A stretch of DNA of 50,959 bases, the filler included, from Diploschistes diacapsis (taxonomy: Eukaryota): assembly GCA_023645945.1 (NCBI GenBank). It is 3 parts of 3 records of this genome, joined end to end, with 100 filler letters (N's around TTAATTAATTAA, not from the genome) between each part and the next. Parts side by side here need not be neighbours in the genome. Positions count along the whole stretch, not along the records: positions 34,067 to 50,959 come from JALAIB010000481.1; 2 more parts are not named here. The stretch is one strand, 5' to 3'. A model generated the notes under the pieces. That model made no database searches, was not told the DNA's origin, and worked only from the letters and a program-made list of their open reading frames with translations. A program made the translations under genes and the position numbers. Below, piece after piece: positions 46,837 to 50,959 of the stretch (its first letter is position 1; each line of letters starts with the position of its first letter).

Positions 46837-46978
46837 CACGTGAAGCTCCCTCAGAATGGAGGGCGGGATTAGGTGGAGCGGGGCAGCAGCCAAGTCGATG
46901 CCCCCAGCGACATTTCCATTGCGACATTTCCAGTTCTCAACCGCATGGGGTAGCCCTATCTGCGTTATTTTCACGTGA
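46837..46978. promoter_or_regulatory. Two TCACGTG E-boxes (46837-46843, 46971-46978) in the MET22 / C3HC-gene divergent promoter
   Basis: cacgtga and tcacgtga read directly; this is the Cbf1-type element of yeast MET promoters. Function here is unverified. Confidence 0.35.
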
Positions 46979-47465
46979 TTCATTGAGCTTCAGAGAACAG
47001 CGATACCCAAAGAGGCTAGTGCGTGAGTCTGATTAGGACCTATGGACACAATGGCCAGCTGCATCTTTCAAAAAGTCCAGTAAGAACCCAAGAAGATATT
47101 ACCGAAGAATCATTAAAAAGGTAAAAAAAGCTCAAGGATTCAGCCTCCCAGCTTTTAAGGATTTTAGAAGGGAGTATCTTACACGGTTTACGACTGCAGA
47201 GGAGCGCGAGGGGAACGACGTTTCTGGAGCGGTTCAATTTTCCGTACTCGATCCTCTGACATAGCTCGTACCAGGGAAGGTCTGCTCAGGGAAACCCCGA
47301 AGCTACCTACCATACCGGAAAACGCTCAGGAAGCCGCGTATCCCTACCGAGTTGTCGCGGACCGAAGCTCGACAGACGGCGTTCGCTTCGAACCAAATAC
47401 TTCGCTTCAGAGACGCGTGCACTCTTTGTTCTCCGACACCATCAACAAGCTTCGCAAGATCAAGC

Positions 47466-48763
47466 ATGGCATACGCGCTCGAAGCATCGAAAAGGAAGTT
47501 CGAGCGGATTCTCGAGTCCTTCTCGGTGGAGCTTGGCAGCAAGTGCGAGAAGCCCAGCAAGAAGCCTCGCTTGGCCGACGTATCGCTCAACAAGAGGCCA
47601 ATCACAAAGTTCCTCCACCTCAGGCCGGCCAAACCCCAAGACACCACCATCGCCAAAGACCCGTCTACTGTTTTCAATCCATTCAATAAACGCGAGCTTG
47701 GCCGAAGACTGCTTACTTTTCGCTCCGATGTCAGCGCCTGGCGGCCGAAATCAGAAGACATTAGCGAGCTAAAATGGGCGTTGCGGGGATGGGAGCTTAT
47801 GGAGGAGGAGGTAGTCGGATGCAAAAGGTGCCAGCAAAGGATCCGCATAGATTTGAAAGCTCAAGATGTGGATTTGGAAGAGACAGATATGGAGAAGGAG
47901 GAGCGGCGGACCGAGACCGAAGCTAGCCTTGTGTCTCACTATATGAGCCAGATCGTTGACGGTCACGATGAAGATTGTCCGTGGCGCAAGCGAGGCTGCG
48001 ACGGTATGTGAACAGCTCAACACGGAAGATTAATACTAATCTTGAGGAAGCCTCTCTTTACAGCGTGCACTTTGGTAGTTTTAACGATACTGTCAAGAGG
48101 CTCAGGGACCGCTTTGAATCGTTAAAGACGGTAAAGCTAGCACTACCGCGGGAAGTGGAGACCGGCAGAAAGATGGACACGCAGAAACTTTTCCAGTCAT
48201 TCATTGATCGAGTGTACGCCGACCGCGGAGATCTGGCATCAGCCAATACCGAGGGCGGAGATACTGCTGAAGTACCGCAATACAACAATGCCAATTCCAC
48301 GGCTTTCACTCTTGCTCTCGTCGGATGGGCTAGGGACACCAATAGCAAGGATGCCAAAGACGTTGTCATACACTGTGGGGCTTGTTTTGCTCGCGTAGGT
48401 CTATGGATGTACGAACACGACACTGAAAGCGGCGAGGCTCTATCGGGCGGCGGTCTGCTACCAACGCTCGACGCCGCGGAGACGCATTACTTCGATTGTC
48501 CATGGGTCAATTCGGCCACTCAGCAGCCCTCTTCTCCGTCGACAACACTGAAATCATCGAGGATGTTGCCAGCCTGGGAGACTCTTGTCAGTTTCCTCGA
48601 TAGCACGACGAAGACCTCTCCCACGCCGATGGCACAGAACCTGGATGCATCTACGGCGAGCTCGAATAGAGCAGCAAGGGACATCGCGGATAAAGCGCGA
48701 TTGAAGAAGGCTAGGGAGCTCACGCAATCATTCAGCTTCAAGAAGTCAAAGGCAAGCGCTTGA
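47466..48763 (+). CDS. C3HC zinc-finger protein, Rsm1/Pml39/NIPA (ZC3HC1) family; intron 48004-48050
   Basis: FNPFNKRELGRRLLTF, WALRGW, CKRC...HDEDCPW and a second finger CGAC...HYFDCPW. Confidence 0.85.
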
Positions 48764-49214
48764 AGTTACAGGAGTTTGTTGGATTTATTTGTTGGTGTTC
48801 CGAAACGAGAAAACAGCGATCTGCTTCAGAGATACCCATATGGCAGGCTGGCAGGCTGGCGCTAGGAAAAGCGTACATTTACCAAGCGATGGAGCCTCGG
48901 CCCATTGACTCATTCTGCCTCTCGCATTCAGCCAGCTTCGATTTGACTTTGTGCGCGTATAATGCTATGTTCAGTGGCAGATAAGGATTCACTTTACACT
49001 GAGATTCAATTCACCAGACTTGATTTTGATCTTGCTCCATTTGACACGAGCAACTATAAAGTGGGAGAAGTGGTATGTGCACTTTGTAGTGGTAACGATA
49101 AGCAAAAACCCCTTCACCGCTGCTTGCCCTTGTGTAGCCGAACCGTAGAACTCTAGGCAACACTAATTCGCATTCACTATCAAGAACCACAGAACAAACA
49201 CCTCACCAGGAGAA

Positions 49215-50959
49215 ATGCCGCCTTATTCCGACGCGTCGCCAGTCAAAAGTCCCATCATGATGGCTCGCTCATCATCCTCACAATCCGCTCCGAGAGGATC
49301 TCCCTCCGTCAGCACGATGAACAAACCGAAGCAGCACAAGGCGCATGCGGTGGGATACGGCCGCCAACATGGCAGAACGCCCTCCTATGGCAAGAACTTA
49401 CACAAGCTCACAAAGATTACTGGAAATGAGGACGAAGTACAGGAGCGGCGCAAATCAACAGAACTACCACCGGCTACGAGCCCCTCGGCTGCCCATCACG
49501 TGAAACGAAACAGCTCGACCGTGAGCCTTCCACGAACCGGCTCGAAAGTTTCAATCAAGAAGAACACTTCCAACGTCTCCCTGAAACGAAACGGATCATC
49601 GGCACATGCCAATAGGCGGCCTACTACACCGCTGCGCAAGAACCATTCTCGAGCTTCTCAACTCGATAGGCAGAGAGGAAAGAATACGGCGCAATTCACT
49701 ATTGATGTCGAGGATGGCGCTGACGAGGAGGAGGAGGATCAAGATGACGAATGGACGGAGGAGAGTAGCTCTCCAAATCTTACAAGATCGAGTTCTGTAT
49801 CAAAGGGAAACCGCTCACATGCAAACTCTCCTCCACGGCAAGCAGCAGAGCCCATGCGGAACGGAGCTCAGCTGCCTCACTCTCCACCAGACTCGCCCGC
49901 ACGAGACGGACGATCGGAAGAGACAGCTCATGCGAAGAGCCACATACAATCCCGACCGAGTAACCAGCGGCATGTATCCGGCCATCCTGACGCTGACGTT
50001 ATCACCTCCCGTCTTCTAAGCGGCCGAGCCGCGTCCCGGATCGCGCCAGAGGTTTCTTCGATCTACGCCAACGGTGTTCCAGGCGCCCACACTCCACCCT
50101 TCCAGAATGGCCAAGGCAGCGGCGGACAAACGCCTTACACGCCTTCGATGCCCTCGAACGGCATTTCGCGCTTTCTAAACGCACCCGCCTCCTCCTCCGC
50201 CAGTACCAATGCCGGAACCCTCTCTCACCTCCAAAGCCCACCGCTTGTCCACCGCGCCTCTGCCACTCGCTCCGCTCTTTCTTCCCGCGCTCCATCACCA
50301 GGCCCAGACTCCGCAGACGCCATCCGGCGCGCAAAATCCATCCCCAACCTCTCGACAACCAAGCAGCGCACTCCAACCATCATCAAAGACACGGACCCCA
50401 AATCAAAGCGCGAGATGCCGGAATCATACACATTCCAGCCGCCACCGCGCACAGGCGGCGGCAACACGCTGGCGAAGATGAACCTCTGGCGCGACCAGAC
50501 GCGCGTGGAGCAACTGCATGGCCCGCCGCTACCGCTCAAGGTGCGAGAGCCCGTGGGCATGCTGGGCACCGAGGAGCGGCGCGTGAGGCTGTGGGAGGCT
50601 GCCGAGGCGGAGATGGGGTATTTGAAGAGATTCCGGAACCCGGTCGTCGAGGCGGCGAGGAAAGCGATCAAGGGCCCGGCTGGCAGAGAGAGGGGGAAAG
50701 GGAGAGGGAGGGAGCGAGATGGTGAGCGCGGCTTGGGTCTGGCTATACGGACGGCGGGTGCGGATGGCGTGGCTACGCCTGGACGCGGACAGGGTCAGGG
50801 CCAGGCGCAGTGTGCCGGCCATACGGACGGCGCGGCGGAGAACGCGAGTGCGGGGTCGAGGAGGACTGTGGATAGCGAGATGCAGGCCCGGAGACCGCCG
50901 AGCAGGGGCGGGTCGAGGAACGTCAGGTTCGAGGTTGATGGAGAAGAGGAGAGGGGGAG
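49215..50959 (+). CDS. Tco89-like (TORC1 subunit) low-complexity protein; runs off the window end and is absent from the ORF track
   Basis: Frame from ATG 49215 reads MPPYSDASP..HGRTPSYGKNLHKL and, still in frame, NTLAKMNLWR..EMGYLKRFRNPVVEA, resembling the Tco89 conserved block. Confidence 0.7.
   Translation, partial: MPPYSDASPVKSPIMMARSSSSQSAPRGSPSVSTMNKPKQHKAHAVGYGRQHGRTPSYGKNLHKLTKITGNEDEVQERRKSTELPPATSPSAAHHVKRNSSTVSLPRTGSKVSIKKNTSNVSLKRNGSSAHANRRPTTPLRKNHSRASQLDRQRGKNTAQFTIDVEDGADEEEEDQDDEWTEESSSPNLTRSSSVSKGNRSHANSPPRQAAEPMRNGAQLPHSPPDSPARDGRSEETAHAKSHIQSRPSNQRHVSGHPDADVITSRLLSGRAASRIAPEVSSIYANGVPGAHTPPFQNGQGSGGQTPYTPSMPSNGISRFLNAPASSSASTNAGTLSHLQSPPLVHRASATRSALSSRAPSPGPDSADAIRRAKSIPNLSTTKQRTPTIIKDTDPKSKREMPESYTFQPPPRTGGGNTLAKMNLWRDQTRVEQLHGPPLPLKVREPVGMLGTEERRVRLWEAAEAEMGYLKRFRNPVVEAARKAIKGPAGRERGKGRGRERDGERGLGLAIRTAGADGVATPGRGQGQGQAQCAGHTDGAAENASAGSRRTVDSEMQARRPPSRGGSRNVRFEVDGEEERG

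Overview
Filamentous ascomycete (Pezizomycotina) nuclear DNA with short GT-AG introns and CTRAC branch points. It is not one locus. Three contigs (1-16957, 17058-33966, 34067-50959) are joined by artificial N44-TTAATTAATTAA-N44 spacers, so gene neighbourhoods are only meaningful within a contig. Contig 1: cystathionine beta-lyase, MSP1, RPL3, a NuiA-like (nuclease inhibitor-like) protein, KRE6/SKN1, a tandem group of orphan genes including a decayed paralog, a 31-bp hairpin and an AT-rich RIP-like end. Contig 2: PPR protein, short SREBP-type bHLH factor, PpoC-like dioxygenase-P450 fusion, a divergent DUF2235/Tle1-like lipase and a hypothetical protein. Contig 3: TAF1, TGS1, histidine phosphatase, TauD-like dioxygenase, alpha/beta pseudo-hydrolase, MET22, Rsm1/Pml39-like and Tco89-like genes. 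Best leads: a possible lipase-oxylipin synthase-SREBP module, the fungal NuiA-like protein, the orphan tandem family, a non-AUG MET22 extension and several unusual splicing events. Gene models were spliced by eye; family calls come from motif recognition, not database searches.
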